Shown here: positions 1 through 12,600 of the stretch, one piece after another
How positions within the stretch are numbered: position 1 is the stretch's first letter
How the letters are laid out: each line of letters opens with the position of its first letter
DNA from: Macrostomum lignano
Taxonomy: Eukaryota
Length of the DNA stretch: 64,000 nt
Assembly (NCBI GenBank): GCA_002269645.1
Contig: NIVC01002442.1
Location: 109,296 to 173,295, forward strand
Direction of reading: 5' to 3'
Notes under the pieces: generated by a model
The model's database searches: none
What the model saw: the letters and a program-made list of their open reading frames with translations, nothing else
What the model was told of the DNA's origin: nothing
Translations under genes and position numbers: made by a program

Positions 1-1232
1 CTGGGGTCAGTGGAATCTGCAGTCTGGGGTCAGTGGAATCTGCAGTCTGGGGTCAGTGGAATCTGCAGTCTGGGGTCAGTGGAATCTGCAGTCTGGGGTC
101 AGTGGAATCTGCAGTCTGGGGTCAGTGGAATCTGCAGTCTAGGGTCCGTGGAATCTGCAGTCTACAGTCTAGGGTCAGTAGAATCTGCAGTCTAGGGTCA
201 ATGGAATCTGCAGTCTAGGGTCAGTGGAATCTGCAGTCTAGGGTCAGTGGAATCTGCAATCTAGGGTCAGTGGAATCTGCAGTCTACAGTCTAGGGTCAG
301 TAGAATCTGCAGTCTAGGGTCAATGGAATCTGCAGTCTAGGGTCAATGGAATCTGCAGTCTACAGTCTAGGGTCAGTAGAATCTGCAGTCTAGGGTCAGT
401 GGAATCTGCAGTCTACAGTCTAGGGTCAGTGGAATCTGCAGTCTGGGGTCCGTGGAATCTGCAGTCTGGGGTCAGTAGAATCTGCAGTCTAGGGTCAGTG
501 GAATCTGCAGTCTAGGGTCAATGGAATCTGCAGTCTAGGGTCAGTGGAATCTGCAGTCTACAGTCTAGGGTCAGTAGAATCTGCAGTCTAGGGTCAGTGG
601 AATCTGCAGTCTGGGGTCCGTGGAATCTGCAGTCGGGTCAGTGGAATCTGCAGTCTGGGGTCAGTAGAATCTGCAGTCTAGGGTCAGTGGAATCTGCAGT
701 CTAGGGTCAGTGGAATCTGCAGTCTAGGGTCAGTGGAATCTGCAGTCTAGGGTCAGTGGAATCTGCAGTCTACAGTCTAGGGTCAGTAGAATCTGCAGTC
801 TAGGGTCAGTGGAATCTGCAGTCTAGGGTCAGTGGAATCTGCAGTCTACAGTCTAGGGTCAGTAGAATCTGCAGTCTAGGGTCAATGGAATCTGCACTCT
901 AGGGTCAGTGGAATCTGCAGTCTAGGGTCAGTGGAATCTGCAGTCTAGGGTCAGTGGAATCTGCAGTCTACAGTCTGGGGTCAGTAGAATCTGCAGTCTA
1001 GGGTCAATGGAATCTGCAGTCTAGGGTCAGTGGAATCTGCAGTCTAGGGTCAGTGGAATCTGCAGTCTAGGGTCAGTGGAATCTGCAGTCTACAGTCTAG
1101 GGTCAGTAGAATCTGCAGTCTAGGGTCAGTGGAATCTGCAGTCTGGGGTCCGTGGAATCTGCAGTCGGGTCAGTGGAATCTGCAGTCTGGGGTCAGTAGA
1201 ATCTGCAGTCTAGGGTCAGTGGAATCTGCAGT
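1..1232. repeat. 23-bp minisatellite (ctagggtcagtggaatctgcagt) filling a TBL2 intron
   Basis: Direct tandem repeat from the window start to about 20 nt before the acceptor ccccccag at 1252. Confidence 0.95.
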
Positions 1233-1252
1233 CCCATATCCCACCCCCCCAG

Positions 1253-1707
1253 ACCGGTCCTGCTTCCTGTGGTTCACAAAGGACTGGTCGGTCCGCAAGG
1301 CGGTGAGCAGCGTGAAGGTGCCGCTGCAGCTGGACCACGGCAGCCGGGTGGCCTTCAGCCCAGACTCCAAGGCCTTCATCGTGAACCTGTACAACAGCCG
1401 CAGCCTGGCAGTGTACAAGCTGGCCAGATCAACAGACGACCCCGGCCGCAAGACTCCGCTGACCGTGTCGCACCTGTCCGAGTTCCAGCACCAGGACCCG
1501 GGCGACCCCGCCGAGCTGCTGTCGCTGGGAGTCGCCTCCACCGGCGGCTTCGTCATGACCTGCTACTCTGACACCCGCATCAAGCTGTGGAGCCGCCGTG
1601 GCGACCACCTGGCAACCATTGACACCTGCCACATGACCAACTGCATGGCGGCCGTCAGCCCTTGCGGCCGCTTTGTCGCCAGCTGCGGCTTCACGCCTGA
1701 TGTTAAG
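1253..1707 (+). CDS. TBL2: Transducin beta-like protein 2 (WD40), internal exon; 5' exons lie outside the window
   Basis: LDHGSRVAFSPDSKAFIV and AAVSPCGRFVASCGFTPDVK closely match TBL2 (AAVSPCGRFVASCGFTPDVKVWEV); acceptor ccag|AC and donor AAG|GTGGGC. Confidence 0.92.
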
Positions 1708-1716
1708 GTGGGCAAA

Positions 1717-2570
1717 GTCTCCCAAATCCCTAACTGATCCAAATCTCCCAAATCCCTAACTGATCCAAATCTCCCAAATCCCTAACTGATCCAAATCTCC
1801 CAAATCCCTAACTGATCCAAATCTCCCAAATCCCTAACTGATCCAAATCTCCCAAATCCCTAACTGATCCAAATCTCCCAAATCCCTAACTGATCCAAAT
1901 CTCCCAAATCCCTAACTGATCCAAATCTCCCAAATCCCTAACTGATCCAAATCTCCCAAATCCCTAACTGATCCAAATCTCCCAAATCCCTAACTGATCC
2001 AAATCTCCCAAATCCCTAACTGATCCAAATCTCCCAAATCCCTAACTGATCCAAATCTCCCAAATCCCTAACTGATCCAAATCTCCAAAATCCCTAACTA
2101 ATCCAAATCTCCCAAATCCCTAACTGATCCAAATCTCCCAAATCCCTAACTGATCCAAATCTCCCAAATCCCTAACTGATCCAAATCTCCCAAAATCTCT
2201 AACTAATCCAAATCTCCCAAATCTCTAACTAATCCAAATCTCCCAAATCCCTAACTGATCCAAATTTCCCAAATCCCTAACTAATCCAAATCTCCCAAAT
2301 CCCTAACTAATCCAAATCTCCCAAATCCCTAACTAATCCAAATCTCCCAAATCTCTAACTAATCCAAATCTCCCAAATCCCTAACTGATCCAAATCTCCC
2401 AAATCCCTAACTAATCCAAATCTCCCAAATCCCTAACTGATCCAAATCTCCCAAATCCCTAACTGATCCCCAACAGTCCCAAATCCCTAACTAATCCAAA
2501 TCCCCCAAAATTCCTAACTGATCCAAATCCCCCAAAATCCCTAACTGATCCCCAACAGTCCCAAATCCCT
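1717..2570. repeat. 26-bp minisatellite (ccaaatctcccaaatccctaactgat) filling the last TBL2 intron
   Basis: About 33 tandem copies between donor 1708 and acceptor 2587. Confidence 0.95.
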
Positions 2571-2587
2571 ATCCCACCGTCCCGCAG

Positions 2588-3184
2588 GTGTGGGAGGTGT
2601 CGCTGGACAAGTCGGGCTCGGGCCTGTCGGGCCCCCCAGCCCGGGCATTCGAGCTGAAGGGCCACAATGCCCAGGTGGACGGCCTGGCGTTCAGCGCGGA
2701 CTCGACGCGGATGGCCACGGCCAGCAAGGACACCACCTGGAAGCTGTGGAACATCGACGTCCGCTACAAGCTGGGCGAGGACCCCAAGCTGCTCGTTACG
2801 GGCCGGTTCCGGCGCGACGGCCTCTGCCGCATCGCCCTGTCGCCCGATGCCAGGTGCGTTGCCATAGCAACCGGCGCCTCCGTGACGGTGTACAGCTGCC
2901 TGGACGCCAGCCAGCTGGCGCAGTTCTCCGGCCTGCACCAGGGCGCCGGGGTGTCGCGGGCGCTGTTCCACCCCAGGGCGCAGTTCCTGGTCACCTGCGG
3001 CTCCGACCGCCACATGCCGGTGCTGCTGAACGTCCCCGGCGCCCGGGCCGCCATCGCCGACTGCGCGGCCAAGGCGAAGTCGACGCAGAGCCGCGCCCAG
3101 CGGGAGATGTTCGAGCAGGAGCTGGCCGAGACCCGCGCCTTCTTGGCCGGCCACGGCGTTGCCACGGGGGAGGCAGCCGGCTGA
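2588..3184 (+). CDS. TBL2: TBL2 last exon
   Basis: cgcag|GTG TGG GAG continues in phase 0: VWEV...RAFELKGH...ASKDTTWKLWNIDVRYKLGEDP, then a C-terminal coiled coil and TGA. Confidence 0.93.
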   Translation: MWEVSLDKSGSGLSGPPARAFELKGHNAQVDGLAFSADSTRMATASKDTTWKLWNIDVRYKLGEDPKLLVTGRFRRDGLCRIALSPDARCVAIATGASVTVYSCLDASQLAQFSGLHQGAGVSRALFHPRAQFLVTCGSDRHMPVLLNVPGARAAIADCAAKAKSTQSRAQREMFEQELAETRAFLAGHGVATGEAAG

Positions 3185-3597
3185 GGTTCCTCATCTCCGT
3201 TGCCATGGCAACAACGTTTGCCTGTCCCCCCGCCCCGGACTGCCAAGGACACGAGCTGAACTTCTACTATTATTATTCTGTTTGTCATCGCGTTGAACGT
3301 CTTGAATGTGTCCGAGACTCCGATTGGGCATTCGGGTTTGATTGAGACTGGCTTTGCCGAGGGGTCCGAAGTTGAACACATCTACCCTATTGGACTTGGG
3401 AGATTATCTGAATCTGTCTGATTGACTGCGTGGTTTTCATATTCGCAAGTTTATGGGGAGTTTTTGTCAAGCAAATTTCAAAATAATAGTGCGTTCTTTT
3501 TTGCTGCTTTCAACCATGTGCAATTCTGAGATGCCAAGACTCAAGGGGGTTGCTGAGAGGCCAATACTCAGGCTAAGGGTAATGCTATCAGCTGGGT

Positions 3598-3810
3598 TAA
3601 CAGACAGACACTAAGATGGACGGACAGAGACAGACAGACAGACAGACAGGTAGGCAGACAGAGACAGGCAGACAGACAGGCAGGCAGACACAGACAGGCA
3701 GACAGACAGACAGACAGGTAGGTAGGCAGACAGACAGACAGGCAGACAGAGACAGACAGACAGGCAGACAGACAGATAGAGACAGACAGACAGACAGGTA
3801 GGCAGACAAA
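3598..3810. repeat. Imperfect (GACA/GGCA)n microsatellite
   Basis: Direct reading. Confidence 0.9.
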
Positions 3811-4402
3811 AATTAATTATATTCAGGTTAAAAATTTGCTTCAGGTAAAAATAAATGTTTGGCATGCTTGCTAATAATTAATACTAGCTAAATGGTTTGC
3901 TTTTTATCAGCCTTGCAGATTTTTGCTTGCCCAATTTCAGCTATTAACTCTGGTGGTTTTCATTATTAAACTCAGTTCTCCCGTTTTCTTTTCCTAATCA
4001 TTAATTAAATCGCGCATCATGCGCTCAACTTGCTACTCAAAATCCTCGGCGTTTTTAAGTAGCAACGTTTGCGTTGGTCAGTGTTTTCCTTGTTTATTAT
4101 ATTTAAAATTGAAATTAACCATTAGAAATGCTTATTCATATTCACTGTTTTCTCTTATTTATTTAAAAGTTCAGTCTGCAGATCTGCGGTGCCAATTGGT
4201 TTTCTCTTTGCTCGAATTTCTGCTTATCATTGCTGAGATCTGTCTGACAGGTCAGGCAAATATATATGAGCGCAGGCCCAGCCACTGCTGACTGGCTGGG
4301 TGCATCCGTGACCTTAGTGCAAATCCTATGGGCTTGTTGATGTGTTCATTTTTACAGCAGCTGCTGAGCAGTCCTTCCGGAACTTCTTTTAATGTGTTAA
4401 AT

Positions 4403-5118
4403 AATCTCCCCTGAACAGATTGGAGAATCTCCCCTGAACAGATTGGAGAATCTCCCCTGAACAGATTGGAGAATCTCCCCTGAGCAGATTAGAGAATCTC
4501 GCCTGAACAGATTGGAGAATCTCGCCTGAACAGATTGGAGAATCTCCCCAGAGCAGATTAGAGAATCTCCCCTGAGCAGATTAGAGAATCTCCCCTGAAC
4601 AGATTGGAGAATCTCCCCTGAACAGATTGGAGAATCTCCCCTGAACAGATTGGAGAATCTCCCCAGAACAGATTGGAGAATCTCCCCTGAGCAGATTGGA
4701 GAATCTCCCCAGAGCAGATTGGAGAATCTCCCCTGAACAGATTGGAGAATCTCCCCTGAACAGATTGGAGAATCTCCCCTGAACAGATTGGAGAATCTCC
4801 CCAGAACAGATTGGAGAATCTCCCCTGAGCAGATTGGAGAATCTCCCCTGAACAGATTGGAGAATCTCCCCTGAACAGATTGGAGAATCTCCCCAGAGTA
4901 GATTGGAGAATCTCCCCTGAACAGATTGGAGAATCTCCCCAGAACAGATTGGAGAATCTCCCCTGAACAAATTGGAGAATCTCCCCTGAACAGATTGGAG
5001 AATCTCCCCAGAACAGATTGGAGAATCTCCCCTGAAAAGATTGGAGAATCTCCCCAGAACAGATTGGAGAATCTCCCCTGAACAGATTGGAGAATCTCCC
5101 CTGAGCAGATCTCTCCTG
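4403..5118. repeat. 23-bp minisatellite (tctcccctgaacagattggagaa)
   Basis: Tandem copies; the repeat ORFs recur every 23 aa (3 x 23 nt). Confidence 0.95.
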
Positions 5119-5707
5119 AACCGTGGTTACACCACATAAAGAATCCCTACTCGACAGCCAGCCTAATCCTGCCACACACTTGGCTGCCCCCCCCCCCCCC
5201 CAGCTGCAAGCGGCGGGTTCAAGCCGCTGGGCTCACCCAATTGACAAGCAACCCGTGAGCATCAGTTTGCAGCTGAGCGGCTGGCAGCTGTGAGCAGCGG
5301 CTCATCTGCACCGCGGGCGGAATGTCAGGAAAATGAGACAGACAGAACAGATGACTGACTGAAGGCGGAGCCGAGTTCCAACCAGCCCCCCAAATCAGCA
5401 TCCATCCCATTTATCCCAGCTTTGGGATTCGCTAATCTTCTCTCGCCAGGCCTCGCAAATCCCCTTCCCAGTGCGTCTGTTCTGCATCGGCTTGGGAATA
5501 AAATCCCCGATCGCTGTATCGCCTTCCCCCACTCTGTTCGATTGACTGGACACGCTTTTCGAGTGGGCGTGTGGAATTCGCTCGGGAGTCTCGGGTTTAG
5601 TTGCTAGGCTGGGAAGGATTGACGGGTGTAAATTTCCAGATCCAGCTTCTAGCAGCCTTTATTGTCGGCTTCTAAATTTTGTAGATTTTGGGATTTTTTG
5701 GATTATT

Positions 5708-6626
5708 TGAGCACACAGCCTAATCAGGTGAGCACACACAGTCTAATCAGGTGAGCGCACATTCTAATCAGGTGAGCACACAGTCTAATCAGGTGAGCAC
5801 ACAGTCTAACCAGGTGAGCACACACAGTCTCATCAGGTGAGCACACAGTCTAATCAGGTGAGCACACCGTCTAATCAGGTGAGCACACAGTCTAATCAGG
5901 TGAGCACACAGTCTAACCAGGTGAGCACACACAGTCTCATCAGGTGAGCACACAGTCTCATCAGGTGAGCACACAGTCTAATCAGGTGAGCACACAGTCT
6001 AATCAGGTGAGCACACACAGTCTAATCAGGTGAGCACACAGTCTAATCAGGTGAGCACACAGTCTAACCAGGTGAGCACACACAGTCTAATCAGGTGAGC
6101 ACACACAGTCTAATCAGGTGAGCACACACAGTCTCATCAGATGAGCACACAGTCTCATCAGGTGAGCACACACAGTCTCATCAGGTGAGCACACAGTCTC
6201 ATCAGGTGAGCACACAGTCTAACCAGGTGAGCACACACAGTCTCATCAGGTGAGCACACAGTCTCATCAGGTGAGTACACAGTCTAACCAGGTGAGCACA
6301 CACAGTCTCATCAGGTGAGTACACACAGTCTCATCAGGTGAGTACACAGTCTAATCAGGTGAGCACACAGCCTAATCAGGTGAGCACACACAGTCTCATC
6401 AGGTGAGTACACAGTCTAATCAGGTGAGCACACACAGTCTAATCAGATGAGCACACAGTCTAATCAGGTGAGAACACAGTCTAATCAGGTGAGCACACAG
6501 CCTAATCAGGTGAGCACACACAGTCTCATCAGGTGAGCACACAGCCTAATCAGGTGAGCACACAGCTTTATTAAGTGAGCACATAGCCTCATCAGTTGAG
6601 CACACACAGTCTTATCAGGTGAGCAG
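5708..6626 (+). repeat. 21/23-bp minisatellite GTGAGCACA(CA)CAGTCT(A/C)ATCAG
   Basis: About 40 tandem copies, nearly all with CAG|GTGAG at the unit junction. Confidence 0.95.
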
Positions 6627-7510
6627 GCACACGAATGGGAAGAAGCTCACAAATGCGAGCTAATTCTTTAGGCTGTACACCAGAGATGAGCTCACACAGC
6701 AACAGAGCTATAAAAGTGCAACCCTTGAATTGAATTCCCTGGCTGTCACGGCCAGTTTCCCAATTTCCAATCGATTGGAGCGGAACCAGGCTGAATGCGA
6801 GAACCCTAACTTATTAATAATTAATGAGATGCCACAATTCTAGCTGCAGCAGATAAGTGGAATCCAAAACCAGCATTGACGTGCAGGCCATCTACCCTGT
6901 TGTCCATGACGTCTTTGGGGATCTTGTGCCTCCCCGCAGTTACCTTGATAATCCCCAAATTGATTTGAATTGATTTGATTCTCTCCTAGGGTGCATCCGG
7001 AACCTTCCCAAGAAGCAGAGCAGGAAAACTCCTGCTCAAACTCAAGCTGGCCAAGTGAAACAATACAAAAATTGCCCGGGCGCCAGCTGTTCTTCTCTGC
7101 TTCCACTGAGGCCAGGTTGCTACTCAGCGCCCCCCCCCTGTGTTCCACATCGCGCAAGCATAAATTATTGAGTCCGTTATGCGATAAAATACTCAGCTCT
7201 GAGACCCCCGCCCAGCGAAAGCGTGGAAGGGGAAAGGGAGTCTTGGGAGACTTCATTTCTTCCCCTCCGTCCGCCTCCTTCCTCTTCAAGCCCCAGCTTC
7301 ACTCACGCGGAGATCCCCTCTGCCAGGGCGCTGAACAGGGGGGTGGATTTTTGGTGCCGGCCCTGCTGAATGACTGCCTGAGTTCTCTCGGCTGCTGGTG
7401 CCGCAGCGGCGAGATTCGCCAGAGGCCTCGCAGACCAACCGCTGCGGAGCTGAGCAGGGGAGGGGGGCGGCTGGCGGGCCGGATTAAAGCGCGGGGAAGT
7501 GCAAGGGGAA

Positions 7511-8965
7511 ATGAGGAAAAGGACCGCACGTCACGCCGTCACCGCCAGCCGGACAATGGAGGCCGCGGAGGACCTGCCGGCCGAGACAGCCGCGCCGGCC
7601 AGCCGGCAGACCGTGACAATCATCAGCACCCGGACTGGGCGCCGGACCTCCATCCACCATGACACGGACTTCGCGGACAAGATGAACTCCTACATTGTCA
7701 GCCCGCTGATTCCGCTGCCGAAGCCGCGGTTGCCCCAGCAGCTGCAGCCTCAGCAGCCTCAGCAGCAGCAGCAGCAGAAAAAGCAGCGATCCAAGCAGCC
7801 GCGGGCCGCCCGCCGCTCGGTCTCCTGTCCTGAGCCGGCCACCTCGTCAGCGTCTCAGCGCCAGCCTCCGCTGCTGCCTCATCAATCGTTTTTACAGCCC
7901 CACCAGCGCCAGCTGTCCGGCCAGCAGCGCCGCAGGCAGCCGGGCCGCAACCCCACCCTGGAGCGGCTGCTGCAGCCCAGCGCCAGGGAGATGTCGCGCT
8001 CCGAGCAGCTGCTGGACAAAATGCGCAGCCTCAAACTGCGGATCCAGCGGCACGCCGTGCAGACCAACTGCGGCAACGTCTCTGTCGCCGACTGGCCACC
8101 GCCCCCGGACGTCCTGCTGGCGCACGCGTCCCCGCCGCCGCCGGTGCAGCGCGCCACACCCACGTCGCCGACCTTCGCCAGCACCGACAACGGCGGCGGC
8201 ATCGTGTGCTCGGACTCCGACATTCGCTCCATCATAGCCAGCATCCAGCAGTTCGAGAAGTCGGTGCAGCAGAGCCAGCTGGCGCAGCTCATCGAGGTCA
8301 TCTCGGTGCCATCCGAGCCGCCGCTGCCGCCCTGCCTGACCTCCTCGCCGAACCGGCAGCAGCGGCAGCAGGCCGTGAGGAAGCAGGTGTGCTTCATCGA
8401 CCCCAAGCAGAACCGCCTGCTGATGCCGCAGCACCTGTCTGCTGCCGCCGCATCATCCTCAGAAGCTCCGAGCGAGTCTCTGACAACCGCGTCGCAGAAG
8501 CAGCGCCGGTCGCCACCGCCGCCCCGCCGACAGACGCCGTCCCCGCCGCCACCGCCTCCGGCGTCGGGCGCTTCAGGCGGCAGCAGCTGCCGGCGCGGCT
8601 CCTTATGCAACGCCTGCCACCACAGCTTCGACCTGTGCGATGCCGATGTACCCGGACCTTCGGACGGCTCGTCAATGCCTCCGCCGCCGCCGCCGCCCAA
8701 AGACGTGAGCTTCGACGAGAACGGGCAGACCTGGGACGTCTACGGGGCGGACATCGACCCTGACCTGCTGGGGCAGGCCATCCAGACTCACCTGACCGCC
8801 GCCAGGTGCAGCGGCATCTCCGCTGAGGCCATCAGCTCGAAGACTTCTGCAGCCGATGCCGCGCCGGCCGCCGCGTCCCTAGACTCCCCCGACTCCTTGA
8901 ACTCACAAAAGCGACCGCAGACGTCTGCGGTGTCGCTTCTCTGCTGCGCTGGAGGTCGCAGCTGA
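7511..8965 (+). CDS. GPRIN-family (GRIN_C domain) protein, single coding exon; start at 7511 or 7556
   Basis: Low-complexity Q/P/S-rich ORF ending in KDVSFDENGQTWDVYGADIDPDLLGQAIQTHL, matching the GPRIN C-terminal motif (V-x-W-D-E-x-G-x-T-W-E-V-Y-G-A-x-x-D-P-x-x-L-G-x-A-I-Q-x-H-L), followed by a CC-containing tail. Confidence 0.8.
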   Translation: MRKRTARHAVTASRTMEAAEDLPAETAAPASRQTVTIISTRTGRRTSIHHDTDFADKMNSYIVSPLIPLPKPRLPQQLQPQQPQQQQQQKKQRSKQPRAARRSVSCPEPATSSASQRQPPLLPHQSFLQPHQRQLSGQQRRRQPGRNPTLERLLQPSAREMSRSEQLLDKMRSLKLRIQRHAVQTNCGNVSVADWPPPPDVLLAHASPPPPVQRATPTSPTFASTDNGGGIVCSDSDIRSIIASIQQFEKSVQQSQLAQLIEVISVPSEPPLPPCLTSSPNRQQRQQAVRKQVCFIDPKQNRLLMPQHLSAAAASSSEAPSESLTTASQKQRRSPPPPRRQTPSPPPPPPASGASGGSSCRRGSLCNACHHSFDLCDADVPGPSDGSSMPPPPPPPKDVSFDENGQTWDVYGADIDPDLLGQAIQTHLTAARCSGISAEAISSKTSAADAAPAAASLDSPDSLNSQKRPQTSAVSLLCCAGGRS

Positions 8966-9644
8966 AGCCTCTCGTAACTGGCCGCCCTCATCCGCCCCCT
9001 ATCCGCCCCCCATCCGCCCCCCCCCCCAATCTGCTTTTATTCTCTTGCTTCAATATTTCGATCGATCAATACGCAATAAATTCGGAGAATCGCAGCCGAT
9101 CTTCGCTCAAAAAAATTTCTGACGAGTTAATTTATTCCCAAAAAATCAATTCGCTCCGCAGCCTGAAGACTGGCCGCCAGCAGGAAGTCATCTCATCTTC
9201 TCATCCCTTCTAAACTTAGACCCAATCGAAATTCCAAACCGCATTTGCATTTCTTCATAGAGCAGCGCTTCGGCAAAACTATAACTGCCGAAGTAATGAA
9301 TGCTCAGAGGGACCTTGAGCTCAGCTACTGGGTCTGAGTTCTCGGTTGAGCACAGCAGGCACAGCAGGGAGGCGAGCTCCGGCCTCCTGAGTAAACAGAG
9401 CAGAGTCTTCTAGGAGATAGATGGATAGAGCAGCCAGAAATCAATGATATCCGCCTGCGCCAGCAGATCTGCTTCCTTAAGGGCCGCCCTGATGCGGGTG
9501 TTTGCCCAGCCCGACCCCAACACCCCCCCTCCCGGGTTTCAGCTGCCGACTTCTTGTTCTCTGTTGAGTTCCGAGACACACCTGCGCAGCTGCAGCGCTC
9601 TGGCACCATGTAAACTGCTGTGAAATTGCATCGGTGAATTCTAG

Positions 9645-12600
9645 AAGGGATAGATTAGCAATCCATTCTATCCTATCATCCCAGAAGGGTCAGAATAGCA
9701 ATCCATTCTATCCTATCATCCCAGAAGGGTCAGATTAGCAATCCATTCTATCCTATCATCCCAGAAGGGTCAGATTAGCAATCCATTCTATTCTATCATC
9801 CCAGAAGGGTCAGATTAGCAATCCATTCCATCCTATCATCCCAGAAGGGTCAGAATAGCAATCCATTCTATTCTATCATCCCAGAAGGGTCAGATTAGCA
9901 ATCCATTCTATTCTATCATCCCAGAAGGGTCAGAATAGCAATCCATTCTATCCTATCATCCCAGAAGGGTCAGAATAGCAATCCATTCCATCCTATCATC
10001 CCAGAAGGGTTAGAATAGCAATCCATTCTATTCTATCATCCCAGAAGGGTCAGATTAGCAATCCATTCTATTCTATCATCCCAGAAGGGTCAGAATAGCA
10101 ATCCATTCTATCCTATCATCCCAGAAGGGTCAGAATAGCAATCCATTCTATTCTATCATCCCAGAAGGGTCAGATTAGCAATCCATTCTATTCTATCATC
10201 CCAGAAGGGTCAGAATAGCAATCCATTCTATCCTATCATCCCAGAAGGGTCAGAATAGCAATCCATTCCATCCTATCATCCCAGAAGGGTCAGAATAGCA
10301 ATCCATTCTATTCTATCATCCCAGAAGGGTCAGATTAGCAATCCATTCTATTCTATCATCCCAGAAGGGTCAGAATAGCAATCCATTCTATCCTATCATC
10401 CCAGAAGGGTCAGAATAGCAATCCATTCCTTCCTATCATCCCAGAAGGGTAAGATTAGCAATCCATCCCATCTTTTCCCTTCAAAAGTGTCAGATTAGCA
10501 ATCCATTCTATCCTATCATCTCAGAAGGGTCAGATTAGCAATCCATTCTATCCTATCATCTCAGAAGGGTCAGATTAGCAATCCATCCCATCTTTTCCCT
10601 TCAAAAGTGTCAGATTAGCAATCCATTCTATCCTATCATCCCAGAAGGGTCAGAATAGCAATCCATTCTATCCTATCATCTCAGAAGGGTCAGATTAGCA
10701 ATCCATCCCATCTTTTCCCTTCAAAAGTGTCAGATTAGCAATCCATTCTATCCTATCATCCCAGAAGGGTCAGATTAGCAATCCATTCCATCTTTTCCTT
10801 TCAAAAGTGTCAGATTAGCAATCCATTCTATCCTATCATCCCAGAAGGGTCAGATTAGCAATCCATTCTATCCTATCATCTCAGAAGGGTCAGATTAGCA
10901 ATCCATTCCATCTTTTCCCTTCAAAAGTGTCAGATTAGCAATCCATTCTATCCTATCATCTCAGAAGGGTCAGATTAGCAATCCATTCTATCCTATCACC
11001 CCAGAAGGGTCAGAATAGCAATCCATTCCCCCAGAAGGGTCAGATTAGCAATCCATTCCATCTTTTCCCTTCAAAAGTGTCAGATTAGCAATCCATTCTA
11101 TCCTATCATCTCAGAAGGGTCAGAATAGCAATCCATTCTATCCTATCATCCCAGAAGGGTCAGATTAGCAATCCATTCTATCCTATCATCCCAGAAGGGT
11201 CAGATTAGCAATCCATCCCATCTTTTCCCTTCAAAAGTGTCAGATTAGCAATCCATTCTATCCTATCATCCCAAAAGGGTCAGATCAGCAATCCATCCCA
11301 TCTTTTCCCTTCAAAAGTGTCAGATTAGCAATCCATTCCATCTTTTCCCTTCAAAAGTGTCAGATTAGCAATCCATTCTATTCTATCATCCCAGAAGGGT
11401 CAGAATAGCAATCCATTCTATTCTATCATCCCAGAAGGGACAGATTAGCAATCCATTCCATCTTTTCCTTTCAAAAGTGTCAGACTAGCAATCCATTCTA
11501 TCCTATCATCCCAGAAGGGTCAGATTAGCAATCCATTCTATCCTATCATCTCAGAAGGGTCAGATTAGCAATCCATTCCATCTTTTCCCTTCAAAAGTGT
11601 CAGATTAGCAATCCATTCCATCTTTTCCCTTCAAAAGTGTCAAATTAGCAATCCATTCCATATTTTCCCTTCAAAAGTGTCAGATTAGCAATCCATTCTA
11701 TCCTATCATCTCAGAAGGGTCAGATTAGCAATCCATTCTATCATATCATCTCAGAAGGGTCAGATTAGCAATCCATTCTATCATATCATCTCAGAAGGGT
11801 CAGATTAGCAATCCATTCTATCCTATCATCTCAGAAGGGTCAGATTAGCAATCCATTCCATCTTTTCCTTTCAAAAGTGTCAGATTAGCAATCCATTCTA
11901 TCCTATCATCTCAGAAGGGTCAGATTAGCAATCCATTCTATCCTATCATCCCAGAAGGGTCAGATTAGCAATCCATTATTATAATTATCCCAGAAGGGTC
12001 AGAATAGCAATCCATTCTATTCTATCATCCCAGAAGGGACAGATTAGCAATCCATTCCATCTTTTCCTTTCAAAAGTGTCAGACTAGCAATCCATTCTAT
12101 CCTATCATCCCAGAAGGGTCAGATTAGCAATCCATTCTATCCTATCATCCCAGAAGGGTCAGATTAGCAATCCATTCTATCCTATCATCCCAGAAGGGTC
12201 AGATTAGCAATCCATTCTATCCTATCATCTCAGAAGGGTCAGATTAGCAATCCATTCCATCTTTTCCCTTCAAAAGTGTCAGATTAGCAATCCATTCTAT
12301 CCTATCATCTCAGAAGGGTCAGATTAGCAATCCATTCTATCCTATCACCCCAGAAGGGTCAGAATAGCAATCCATTCCCCCAGAAGGGTCAGATTAGCAA
12401 TCCATTCCATCTTTTCCCTTCAAAAGTGTCAGATTAGCAATCCATTCTATCCTATCATCTCAGAAGGGTCAGATTAGCAATCCATTCTACCATATCATCC
12501 CAGAAGGGCCAGATTAGCAATCCATTCTATCCTATCATCCCAGAAGGGTCAGATTAGCAATCCATCCCATCTTTTCCCTTCAAAAGTGTCAGATTAGCAA

